Of a stretch of DNA of 64,000 bases, positions 18,719 to 26,488 are shown piece after piece. Under the pieces are notes generated by a model, which ran no database searches, had not been told where the DNA came from, and saw only the letters and a list, made by a program, of their open reading frames with translations. A program made the translations under genes and the position numbers. Position 1 is the first letter of the stretch. Every line of letters begins with the position of its first letter. The stretch is from Verrucomicrobiia bacterium (GTDB lineage: Bacteria > Verrucomicrobiota > Verrucomicrobiia > Limisphaerales > DASXHY01), in NCBI GenBank assembly GCA_035629175.1, contig DASPIL010000019.1, positions 12,427 through 76,426 of the forward strand, in the 5' to 3' direction.

Positions 18719-20425
18719 ATGGGCCTCAAAGAATACAAAGCGAAGCGGAACTTCCGGCAGACTTCCGAACCTGAAGGCGCCGGCCATCCCAGCGCGGCGC
18801 GGGACGATTTCTTCGTCATCCAAAAGCATGACGCCACGCGTTTGCACTACGATTTTCGCCTGGCCATGGCAGGTGTTTTGAAATCGTGGGCTGTGCCAAA
18901 GGGATTTCCGGCTGCAAAAGGAGAGCGTCACCTGGCAGTGGAAGTGGAGGATCATCCGCTGGACTACGCCCGGTTTGAAGGAACGATTCCCAAAGGCAAT
19001 TACGGTGCCGGGACGGTGATGGTTTGGGATATTGGCACTTATGAAGTTCTTGGTGGGGATCCCCGGGGCGCCGTCAAGAACGGGAAACTGCACTTCATTC
19101 TAAAAGGCAAAAAGTTGAAGGGCGAATGGGCGCTGGTTCGAATGAAACCGCGGCCCGGCGAAGACAAGCCTCAATGGCTGCTGTTCAAGGCGGACAAGGA
19201 TGCGCGGCCGATCTCGGCGCGGGCTGAAGACCAATCTGTTCTCACCAGGAGGTCTCTGCAGCAAATCGCGATCGACAACGACGCCCAATGGCAAAGCAAT
19301 CGCATCGCGGAACGCGCGCAGAAGAGTGCCGCGCAGTTACCAACCAATGGGAACGGCGCCGCTGTCCGCACGGCTGCTCGTGCCCCCCGAAAAGCCAGCT
19401 CCCCGGCAGCACGCGCCGATTTGAAAACTCCGCGTTTGCCGGCGCGCCCGGTGGAATTTGCGGAACCAATGAAGGCATTGATGTCGGAGCGCCTGCCGAA
19501 GGGGGAACAATGGATTTACGAACTGAAGTTCGACGGCGTTCGGGGCCTCGCCCTCAAACGAAATGACAGCGTGCGCCTCATTTCCCGCAACGAAAAGGAT
19601 CTCACATCGAAGTATCCGGAAATCAGCGCGGCGTTGCGCACGCTCCCCGCGCGCGAGGCCATCCTTGATGGAGAAGTCGTGGCTTTGGACGAGACCGGAA
19701 AGTCGTCGTTCCAGTTGCTGCAGGCCGCGAACATGCCGGGAGAGCCCCGGCCTCCAATCTTCTACTACGTCTTTGATGTCCTGCAGCTGGACGGCAAGGA
19801 TCTCACCGCGCTTCCGTTGCTGAAACGCAAGGCGATGGTGGAGACATTGTTGGCGGACGCGCCGGACACACTGCGGTTTTCGGCAGGCATCCCCGCGCAA
19901 TCGGAGCGCGTGCTGAACGAGATGAAAGCAAGGGGACTGGAGGGGCTGATCGCGAAGCAGCGCGATTCGAAATATGAGATCGGCCGGCGCAGCGGCGCCT
20001 GGGTGAAGTTCAAATGGACGAACGAGCAGGAGTTTGTGATCGGCGGCTATACGGAGCCACAAGGAAGCCGCAGTCATTTTGGCGCGTTGCTGATCGGATA
20101 CTACGCGGGGAACAAGCTGCAGTTCTGCTCCAAAGTGGGAACGGGATTCAACGAGAAACTGTTGAAATCAATGTTTGAGCGATTCCAGGAATTGAAGCAC
20201 TCAGATTGCCCGTTTGCGAATCTGCCCGAAAAGAAGGTTTCAAGCCGATGGGGGCGGCCCTTCACGGCGGCTGAGATGCGGCGCTGCACGTGGGTGGAGC
20301 CGAAACTGGTTTGCCAGGTGCGATTCGCAGAATGGACGCGTGATGGGCATCTGCGTCAGCCTGCATTTGTTGGGTTGCGCGAAGACAAGAACCCTCGCGA
20401 TGTTGTGCGGGAAAAGGGGGGCTGA
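18719..20425 (+). CDS. ligD: ATP-dependent DNA ligase LigD, phosphoesterase + ligase domains
   Basis: PE domain FVIQKHDATRLHYDFRL. Ligase adenylation motif YELKFDGVRG. EGLIAKQRDSKYE. Confidence 0.93.
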   Translation: MGLKEYKAKRNFRQTSEPEGAGHPSAARDDFFVIQKHDATRLHYDFRLAMAGVLKSWAVPKGFPAAKGERHLAVEVEDHPLDYARFEGTIPKGNYGAGTVMVWDIGTYEVLGGDPRGAVKNGKLHFILKGKKLKGEWALVRMKPRPGEDKPQWLLFKADKDARPISARAEDQSVLTRRSLQQIAIDNDAQWQSNRIAERAQKSAAQLPTNGNGAAVRTAARAPRKASSPAARADLKTPRLPARPVEFAEPMKALMSERLPKGEQWIYELKFDGVRGLALKRNDSVRLISRNEKDLTSKYPEISAALRTLPAREAILDGEVVALDETGKSSFQLLQAANMPGEPRPPIFYYVFDVLQLDGKDLTALPLLKRKAMVETLLADAPDTLRFSAGIPAQSERVLNEMKARGLEGLIAKQRDSKYEIGRRSGAWVKFKWTNEQEFVIGGYTEPQGSRSHFGALLIGYYAGNKLQFCSKVGTGFNEKLLKSMFERFQELKHSDCPFANLPEKKVSSRWGRPFTAAEMRRCTWVEPKLVCQVRFAEWTRDGHLRQPAFVGLREDKNPRDVVREKGG

Positions 20426-20466
20426 GGACCGCGAGGCCGGGTCTTACGCACTCGCAATGGCTTTAG

Positions 20467-20496
20467 TTGAAGCGGCACGAATGCCGCGCGCTTCAA
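20467..20496. terminator. hairpin between convergent ligD and pilT (possible bidirectional terminator)
   Basis: ttgaagcg...cgcttcaa, a perfect 8-bp outer stem with an inner GC pair. No clear U-tract. The right arm overlaps the pilT stop. Confidence 0.3.
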
Positions 20497-21581
20497 CCCA
20501 ATATGCGCCGGCCTTCGTCGAGGAAGATTCCCTTGAAATTCATCTCCAGCGCCTGCGGGTTTGTGGCCTTGGCGAGAGCTTCCTTCTGCGCAACTTTGCC
20601 TTCCTTTACCAGTTGAAACAGCGCCTGATTGAAATTCAGCATGCCGTCTTCAGTGCCGGTTTCGATCGCCGCCGGGAGCTTGTCCAGCCGATTTTCCTCG
20701 ATGAGTTTCTTCACCGTGGGCGTATTGATCAGGATTTCCAGTGCGGGGGTCATCGTGCCGCTCACTGTGCCCACCATGCGCTGGCAGACCACCGCCTGAA
20801 GACAGCCGCACAGTTGGCGGCGAACCTGTTCCCGTTCCTCGGCCTTGAAGAAATCGAGAATGCGGCTCACGGATTGGGCAGCGTTTGTGGTATGCAGCGT
20901 GGAAAAGACGAGATGGCCTGTGTCTGCGGCGCTCATGGCGGCCGTGAAACTCACGGCATCGCGCATTTCGCCAATCATGATGATGTCAGGATCCTGGCGC
21001 AGCACGTGTTTCAATGCGTGATGAAAGGAAAGGGTATCCAGGCCGACTTCGCGCTGTTCAACCACCGATTGGTTGTCCTCGAATACAAATTCAATGGGAT
21101 CCTCAAGCGTGATGATGTGCTTTTTGGAATTCGCATTGACGTGCTCAATCATCGCCGCGAGCGTCGTTGATTTTCCGGAACCTGTGGAGCCTGCCACGAG
21201 GACGATGCCGCGCGGCGATTCGGCAATGTTTTTGACGATGGGCAGCAGCCCGAGTTCTTCGAAGCTTGGAACGCTGGTTTTTACGAAGCGCATTGCGAAG
21301 CACCACTGGCCGCGCTGCTGGAAAAGGTTGGTTCGAAAACGTCCAACTCCGGGAATGTAATACGAAAAATCGACTTCGCGCTCCGCTTCGAGTTTCCGCG
21401 TCAGGTGCGACGGCGTGATTTGCTTCACGATATTATTCATCCAATCCTCGGAGGGATGGGGGCACTCGATCGCGACGAGCTGGCGATTGATGCGGAAGAT
21501 AACGGGAGTGCCGACCTTGATGTGAATATCAGAGGCGCCGCCACTTACGGCGGTCTTCAAAATCTTATGAAATAGTTCCAT
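20493..21581 (-). CDS. pilT: type IV pilus retraction ATPase PilT
   Basis: MELFHKILKTAV...ASDIHI start, Walker A GSTGSGKSTT, LRQDPDIIMIGEMRD, His box TLHT. Confidence 0.92.
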   Translation of the reverse strand: MELFHKILKTAVSGGASDIHIKVGTPVIFRINRQLVAIECPHPSEDWMNNIVKQITPSHLTRKLEAEREVDFSYYIPGVGRFRTNLFQQRGQWCFAMRFVKTSVPSFEELGLLPIVKNIAESPRGIVLVAGSTGSGKSTTLAAMIEHVNANSKKHIITLEDPIEFVFEDNQSVVEQREVGLDTLSFHHALKHVLRQDPDIIMIGEMRDAVSFTAAMSAADTGHLVFSTLHTTNAAQSVSRILDFFKAEEREQVRRQLCGCLQAVVCQRMVGTVSGTMTPALEILINTPTVKKLIEENRLDKLPAAIETGTEDGMLNFNQALFQLVKEGKVAQKEALAKATNPQALEMNFKGIFLDEGRRILG

Positions 21582-21756
21582 AACGGGGGCGCAGGCTAGC
21601 AAAGGGGCGTCAGCGGCTAAATACGAAAATCGTCACACCGTTAGTGAAGGACGGGCCGCGAAAATTGAGGGAAGGAGCACCGCAAAAAGGCAGGGAAAAC
21701 AATCCAGACACGGCGCACGTCAGGCACGAGGAGTGGTTTGGCGGGATGCCAGGACG

Positions 21757-22083
21757 TCAGGCGGGTGAGCTGTAGGCCATGGTATTGAGCCGCGCCTGAG
21801 CCTGTTTGGAGATGCTCGTGAACACCATTGAAACGTGATATCCGGCATGCTTGCTGCCGGTGCAGGAGATAACCACGCCCGCACAGTGAACCCGATTGCT
21901 ATCGTGCGGCGACTGCAGCGCCAGGGTCATTTCAGTCCATGGCGCGAACGGACTTGCGCTCCGGAATTCAATGCCATTCTTGTGGATGATAACGGACGCT
22001 GGTGAAAGGGAGAGTCGGGTCTGCCGAGCCTCGACCGTAACGTTCGGAACCGAACCCGGGATGAAAATTTTTCGCGCGCTCAT
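21757..22083 (-). CDS. small PilZ-like protein (non-canonical, tentative)
   Basis: 108 aa with beta-barrel-like alternation and a KNGIEFRS segment where PilZ has DxSxxG. The RxxxR motif is absent. Confidence 0.35.
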   Translation of the reverse strand: MSARKIFIPGSVPNVTVEARQTRLSLSPASVIIHKNGIEFRSASPFAPWTEMTLALQSPHDSNRVHCAGVVISCTGSKHAGYHVSMVFTSISKQAQARLNTMAYSSPA

Positions 22084-22129
22084 AGAAGCCGACTCAAACT
22101 AGCACAGCCGACTTAACCGTCAAACGGCT

Positions 22130-23167
22130 TTACCACTCAATTACCGCTGCGCCCCATGTCAGCCCCGCACCGAACACGACAAGCAAAATCAAATCCCCTC
22201 GTTGAATTCGGCCCGATTCCACTGCTTCATCCAACGCAATCGCCACCGACGCGGCCGAAGTGTTTCCGTACTTATCCAGATTCACAAAAAGTTGCTCAGG
22301 GGTGGCGCCGAGGCGTTCGCCCACCGCATCGATAATTCTCCGATTCGCCTGATGCGGAATGATGCACTTGATCCGGGTGATATCGAGTTCGCATCGCCGC
22401 AATGCTTCCGTGGCGGCTGTTTGCATCGCCTGCACCGCATTCTTAAACGTTTCCTTCCCTTCCATCCGCAGGTAGTGCTGCCGCTTGGTGATGGTTTCCA
22501 TCGAGGCCGGGCAGCAGCTGCCGCCAGCCGGCATGAACAGGAGGTCTGACTTCTCGCCATCAGCGCCCATCACCGCGGTCAGCAGGCCATGGGAGCTCGG
22601 GCGGCTCTGGAGAATCGCGGCGCCTGCGCCGTCGCCAAAGAGCACGCACGTGTTGCGATCCGTCCAATCCGTGATGGCGGAGAGTTTCTCGGCGCCAATC
22701 ACCAGAACAGTGTCGTACGTCCGCGACATGATGAACTGCTGGCCGATTTCCAGCGCGTAGATGAAGCCGGAACATGCAGCTTCCAGATCGAACGCTGCGG
22801 CGCGTTTGGCCCCCAATTTGTGCTGGACCAGACACGCTGTGGAAGGAAATGGCATGTCAGGAGTAATCGTCGCCACGATGATCAGGTCGATCTGATCCGC
22901 GGTGATATTCGCCTTTGCCATGGCGCGTCGCGCTGCCTCTGCACCGAGATCCGATGTGAATTCGTTCTCGGCGGCGATGTGACGCTCCTTGATTCCAGTG
23001 CGGCTGGTGATCCATTCGTCCGAGGTCTCGACCATTTTTTCCAGATCTGCATTGGTGAGGACCCGGGCAGGAACGTATGAGCCGACGCTCGCGATGGAGC
23101 AGGTGCGGCCCTGGAAGTTATGCTTCGCGCGTGGATTCTTGAATATCTGAGTAGTCGAGGAACTCAT
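22130..23167 (-). CDS. fabH: beta-ketoacyl-ACP synthase III FabH
   Basis: DTSDEWITSRTGIKERH, active-site ACSGF, HQANRRI, GNTSAAS. Confidence 0.95.
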   Translation of the reverse strand: MSSSTTQIFKNPRAKHNFQGRTCSIASVGSYVPARVLTNADLEKMVETSDEWITSRTGIKERHIAAENEFTSDLGAEAARRAMAKANITADQIDLIIVATITPDMPFPSTACLVQHKLGAKRAAAFDLEAACSGFIYALEIGQQFIMSRTYDTVLVIGAEKLSAITDWTDRNTCVLFGDGAGAAILQSRPSSHGLLTAVMGADGEKSDLLFMPAGGSCCPASMETITKRQHYLRMEGKETFKNAVQAMQTAATEALRRCELDITRIKCIIPHQANRRIIDAVGERLGATPEQLFVNLDKYGNTSAASVAIALDEAVESGRIQRGDLILLVVFGAGLTWGAAVIEW

Positions 23168-23188
23168 GCTGGAACAAACGGGAATGTT

Positions 23189-24199
23189 TCAAGTCCCGAG
23201 CCGTTCATTGGCGCGGGTAATTTCCTGGGAAATGGTCTGGTTGACTCCGTGGGAGATTTCTTCGGTGGCGACGCGAATGGCGTTCGTGATGGCCCGCTCG
23301 CGGGAGGAGCCGTGCGCCTTGATGACGATGCCGTTCAATCCGAGCAACACCGCGCCGCCGTAGACTTCAGGATCAACTCGTTTTTTCAACTGCATGAACG
23401 CGCCCTGCGAAAGCTTCGCGCCCAGCAGGCGCACAGGATTTGCCTTCAGTTCAGTTTTCAATAAATGCATCATGGCGCGGCTGAGGCTTTCCGCCGTTTT
23501 CAAAACAACGTTGCCCGTAAAGCCGTCTGTCACCACAACGTCGACCGCATCGTCGAAAAGATCGAATCCCTCGACATAGCCGATGAAGTTCAGGTCGAGT
23601 TGCGAGCAGAGGCGCGCGGCGCCGCGCGTGAGGTCGTTCCCCTTCGTTTCCTCCGAGCCGTTGCTCAGGACGCCGACACGCGGCTTGGACAAGCCGAGGA
23701 TTTTTTGCGCGTAGATATTGCCCATGACGGCGAACTGGGCGAGATGCAGCGGTTCACAGACGTCGTTCGCGCCGGCATCGAGCAGGACGAAATCCCTTGT
23801 TTTTGACGGCATCCGCACGGCGATGGCGGGACGCTTGACGCCTTCCAGGCGCCGCAATTTCATGGATCCCGCCACAAGTGCGCCCGTGTTTCCGGGGGAG
23901 ATCACCGCGTCGGCTTTTCCCTCGTACACAAGTTCGATCGCGCGGACCATGGAGGAATCCTTCTTGCGTCTGATGCCTTCCAGGGGCTTGTCATCCATCG
24001 TCAGGACTTCGCTGGCGTGGACAACCTCGGCGCGGGCATCGGAGAGTTGGAACTGCTGGCGCCCCCGTTGGATTTCCGTTTCGTTACCGACGAGGAAGAT
24101 CTTCTGGATGGCCCGATCTGATTCCAATGCTTGTTTGACGCCAGAGATGACGACAGCGCTGCCGTGGTCGCCGCCCATGACATCCACTGCGATGCGCAT
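23189..24199 (-). CDS. plsX: phosphate acyltransferase PlsX
   Basis: MRIAVDVMGGDHG start (ATG 24199 confirmed). Synteny rpmF-plsX-fabH. Confidence 0.95.
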   Translation of the reverse strand: MRIAVDVMGGDHGSAVVISGVKQALESDRAIQKIFLVGNETEIQRGRQQFQLSDARAEVVHASEVLTMDDKPLEGIRRKKDSSMVRAIELVYEGKADAVISPGNTGALVAGSMKLRRLEGVKRPAIAVRMPSKTRDFVLLDAGANDVCEPLHLAQFAVMGNIYAQKILGLSKPRVGVLSNGSEETKGNDLTRGAARLCSQLDLNFIGYVEGFDLFDDAVDVVVTDGFTGNVVLKTAESLSRAMMHLLKTELKANPVRLLGAKLSQGAFMQLKKRVDPEVYGGAVLLGLNGIVIKAHGSSRERAITNAIRVATEEISHGVNQTISQEITRANERLGT

Positions 24200-24245
24200 A
24201 ATAGAAAAGAGCGCGGAGCGAAGGGCCCTCGCGCTCTTAACTGAA

Positions 24246-24434
24246 TTACACTCCTGCAGTGACTGTGAGAACCTGGCGACCCTTATAAAAACCACAGGCG
24301 GGGCAAACCCGGTGGGGGATGTAGGGGGCAGCGCACTGCGGACAGGTGCTCAGCTGGGGCAGGGTCATGACACTGTTGTAAGCACGGCGCATGCGCTGAC
24401 GGCTTTTCGACGGTTTACGTTTTGGGACGCCCAT
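24246..24434 (-). CDS. rpmF: 50S ribosomal protein L32
   Basis: MGVPKRKPSKSRQRMRRA and the Cys pairs CPQC...CPAC. Confidence 0.95.
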   Translation of the reverse strand: MGVPKRKPSKSRQRMRRAYNSVMTLPQLSTCPQCAAPYIPHRVCPACGFYKGRQVLTVTAGV

Positions 24435-24449
24435 AAAATTCTTCGATCT

Positions 24450-24932
24450 TTAAAGCTTCAGTTTATCCAACTCCGCCCACGCAGACGGCTCAGCCGTGCT
24501 TGTGGAATCGCTGGTGTTAGACTTGCCAGAGTCGGTTTTTGGCAAGCCGCGACAATCCGCCTCACACAACGGATGTTGCGGAAACTCGAGGAGAATATCT
24601 TCACGCATATGGGGCGTCAAGTCCACGAAATCGCCTGAGATTGCCACCTTTTCGTCTCCCTCCAGGGGCAGGTGGGCGGTCCAGTTCTCGAGGTCCAGAT
24701 CATAATCAAACGGCTTGAGGCAGCGCACGCACTGGCATGACAAGGGCAAGTGGAGATAACCCTGCAGAAGGAGGCTGTCATCCAGCTTCTGGGCTTCAAT
24801 GTCATATTCCAGCGGCTTTTCCGCCCGCACCATCTCGTCGCGGACGTCCAATTCAAGCTCCTCTGCAGGCAGTTCACCCTGGAGTTGCACGTTCTTGTCC
24901 TCCACGTGGCGGAGGTTTAACAGCAGCGGCAT
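24450..24932 (-). CDS. YceD/DUF177 family protein
   Basis: 160 aa, acidic, CQCVRCLKPF...CEADCRGL Cys motifs. Sits upstream of rpmF as in many bacteria. Confidence 0.85.
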   Translation of the reverse strand: MPLLLNLRHVEDKNVQLQGELPAEELELDVRDEMVRAEKPLEYDIEAQKLDDSLLLQGYLHLPLSCQCVRCLKPFDYDLDLENWTAHLPLEGDEKVAISGDFVDLTPHMREDILLEFPQHPLCEADCRGLPKTDSGKSNTSDSTSTAEPSAWAELDKLKL

Positions 24933-24942
24933 AATCGTTTGC

Positions 24943-25431
24943 TCAAGCCGGAATCTGTTTCAACTTCTGCATCAGGGCGACCCGCACGTTTTCCGGCACA
25001 AACGTGCTGATGTCTCCGCCCAGACGAGCGATTTCCTTGATGATGCGCGAGCTCAGGAACGTGTAGGTGTCCTTGGGCATCATGAAAATCGTTTCGACTC
25101 GTTCGTTCAGTTTACGATTCATCAGCGCCAGCTGGAATTCAAATTCAAAGTCCGATACAGCGCGCAGGCCGCGAATGATGGCGTGGGCCTTTTGGCGTTC
25201 CGCGTAATTCACGAGCAGGTTCTCGAACGTGTCCACCTCCACCCCCGGCACCCCGGTTACCGCGCTTCTCACGAGGGCTACCCGCTCGGGAATTGAAAAC
25301 AAGGCCTGTTTGCTGTCGTTGGTGGCGACAGCGACGACGATGCGGTCAAACAGCTTGGCTGCCCGTTCGATCACGTCCAAATGCCCATTGGTGAGCGGAT
25401 CGAAACTCCCGGGGTAAATCGCCGTTCGCAT
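24943..25431 (-). CDS. coaD: phosphopantetheine adenylyltransferase CoaD
   Basis: MRTAIYPGSFDPLTNGHLDVIERA start (ATG 25431 confirmed). ISSRIIKE-type motif SSRIIKEI. Confidence 0.95.
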   Translation of the reverse strand: MRTAIYPGSFDPLTNGHLDVIERAAKLFDRIVVAVATNDSKQALFSIPERVALVRSAVTGVPGVEVDTFENLLVNYAERQKAHAIIRGLRAVSDFEFEFQLALMNRKLNERVETIFMMPKDTYTFLSSRIIKEIARLGGDISTFVPENVRVALMQKLKQIPA

Positions 25432-25474
25432 GCGGCGGACTGTAACAACTCTTAACGGCAACAACAACTCCGTG

Positions 25475-25717
25475 ATGACGTTCATTGTGACATCGGAAAC
25501 CGCCGGGCCGACGGCGTTCCTTGGATTCGGCAGTTCGGAAAATGCAGGTCGCGAACCTGAGCTGAGCGTGACGGTTCCTGAGTCGGCGACCTCGGCGCTG
25601 TTCGCGTTGGGCGGGTTTGCGATCGTCTCGTCCGCCGTCCCTAGAGCAAGCGCATCACGGTTTCAACTTCGCCGCGCGCCCGATGTGGCGCGGGCTTTTT
25701 TATCGGGCCCCGCTTGA
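25475..25717 (+). CDS. candidate mini-ORF with a PEP-CTERM-like C-terminal segment (tentative)
   Basis: VPESATSALFALGGFAIVSS followed by basic residues resembles a PEP-CTERM sorting signal. GC-rich third positions. No N-terminal signal peptide. A terminator hairpin lies inside its last codons. Confidence 0.25.
   Translation: MTFIVTSETAGPTAFLGFGSSENAGREPELSVTVPESATSALFALGGFAIVSSAVPRASASRFQLRRAPDVARAFLSGPA
25671..25701 (+). terminator. intrinsic-terminator-like hairpin plus T6 tract
   Basis: gccgcgcgcc-cgatgt-ggcgcgggc (9 bp with one bulge) followed by tttttt. On the minus strand it directly abuts the HAD gene stop, but without a U-tract. Confidence 0.5.
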
Positions 25718-26344
25718 TCCCGAGCAGATCCATTCGACCATTTGTTCGGGAGAATGAAACAGCACGACGGGCGAATGCTGTCGGAGCGCGGCCTCGCTGT
25801 GCTGGCCCCAGGTGACCGCCCCGAAATGAATGCCCACCTTACCGCACGCGATCGCATCGCGGACTTCATCCCCCACATAGAGAACCTCCTGGCTCCGTAT
25901 CCCGCTGGTCTTAATGACAGCGCGGATTTTTGCCGCCTTTCCGAAGACTGATGCCCCGCATGCCCAATGATGAACGCGGGCCGCGTGGTGCCCGAGGATC
26001 CGTTCGACATTCAACCGCGAATTGGAACTCACGATCCCGATCCGCATGCCCGCTGCCGCTAGCCGGTCCAACGCGTCTCCAATCCCGGCGAACAACTCGA
26101 ACGGTTCCGGGCGTTCCGCCATGCGACGCCGCATATCGCTGACCACGCGCGGCAATTTCCATAAGGGCAGCCCGAGGGCGCGCATCAAACCACCACCGTG
26201 CAGGTCCCTGAACTGTTCGTATTCATGAGGCTCAACGCGGCGAAATCCGTGAACCTCTGCCAGGTCATTGAACACACTCCGCATCCACGGCAGGGTGTCG
26301 GCAAGGGTTCCGTCAGAATCAAAGATGAGCAGGCGGTAACGCAT
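25700..26344 (-). CDS. HAD-superfamily hydrolase (phosphoglycolate phosphatase-like)
   Basis: Motif I LLIFDSDGTLADT. SSN... and VGDEVRD motifs. ATG 26344 confirmed. Confidence 0.85.
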   Translation of the reverse strand: MRYRLLIFDSDGTLADTLPWMRSVFNDLAEVHGFRRVEPHEYEQFRDLHGGGLMRALGLPLWKLPRVVSDMRRRMAERPEPFELFAGIGDALDRLAAAGMRIGIVSSNSRLNVERILGHHAARVHHWACGASVFGKAAKIRAVIKTSGIRSQEVLYVGDEVRDAIACGKVGIHFGAVTWGQHSEAALRQHSPVVLFHSPEQMVEWICSGSSGAR

Positions 26345-26488
26345 TGAAGCAGGAGTTGAAGCGTGCAAACGCCGTATTCGCGGCCGAAGAAAATCCGGCG
26401 TGGCAACCGATTCGACCCGATGGCGGCTGCACCGCTGTTGCTGAAACGGTTTTTAGAGTCGCGGGTTTGAGGGTTTGTGCGGAGCCGC

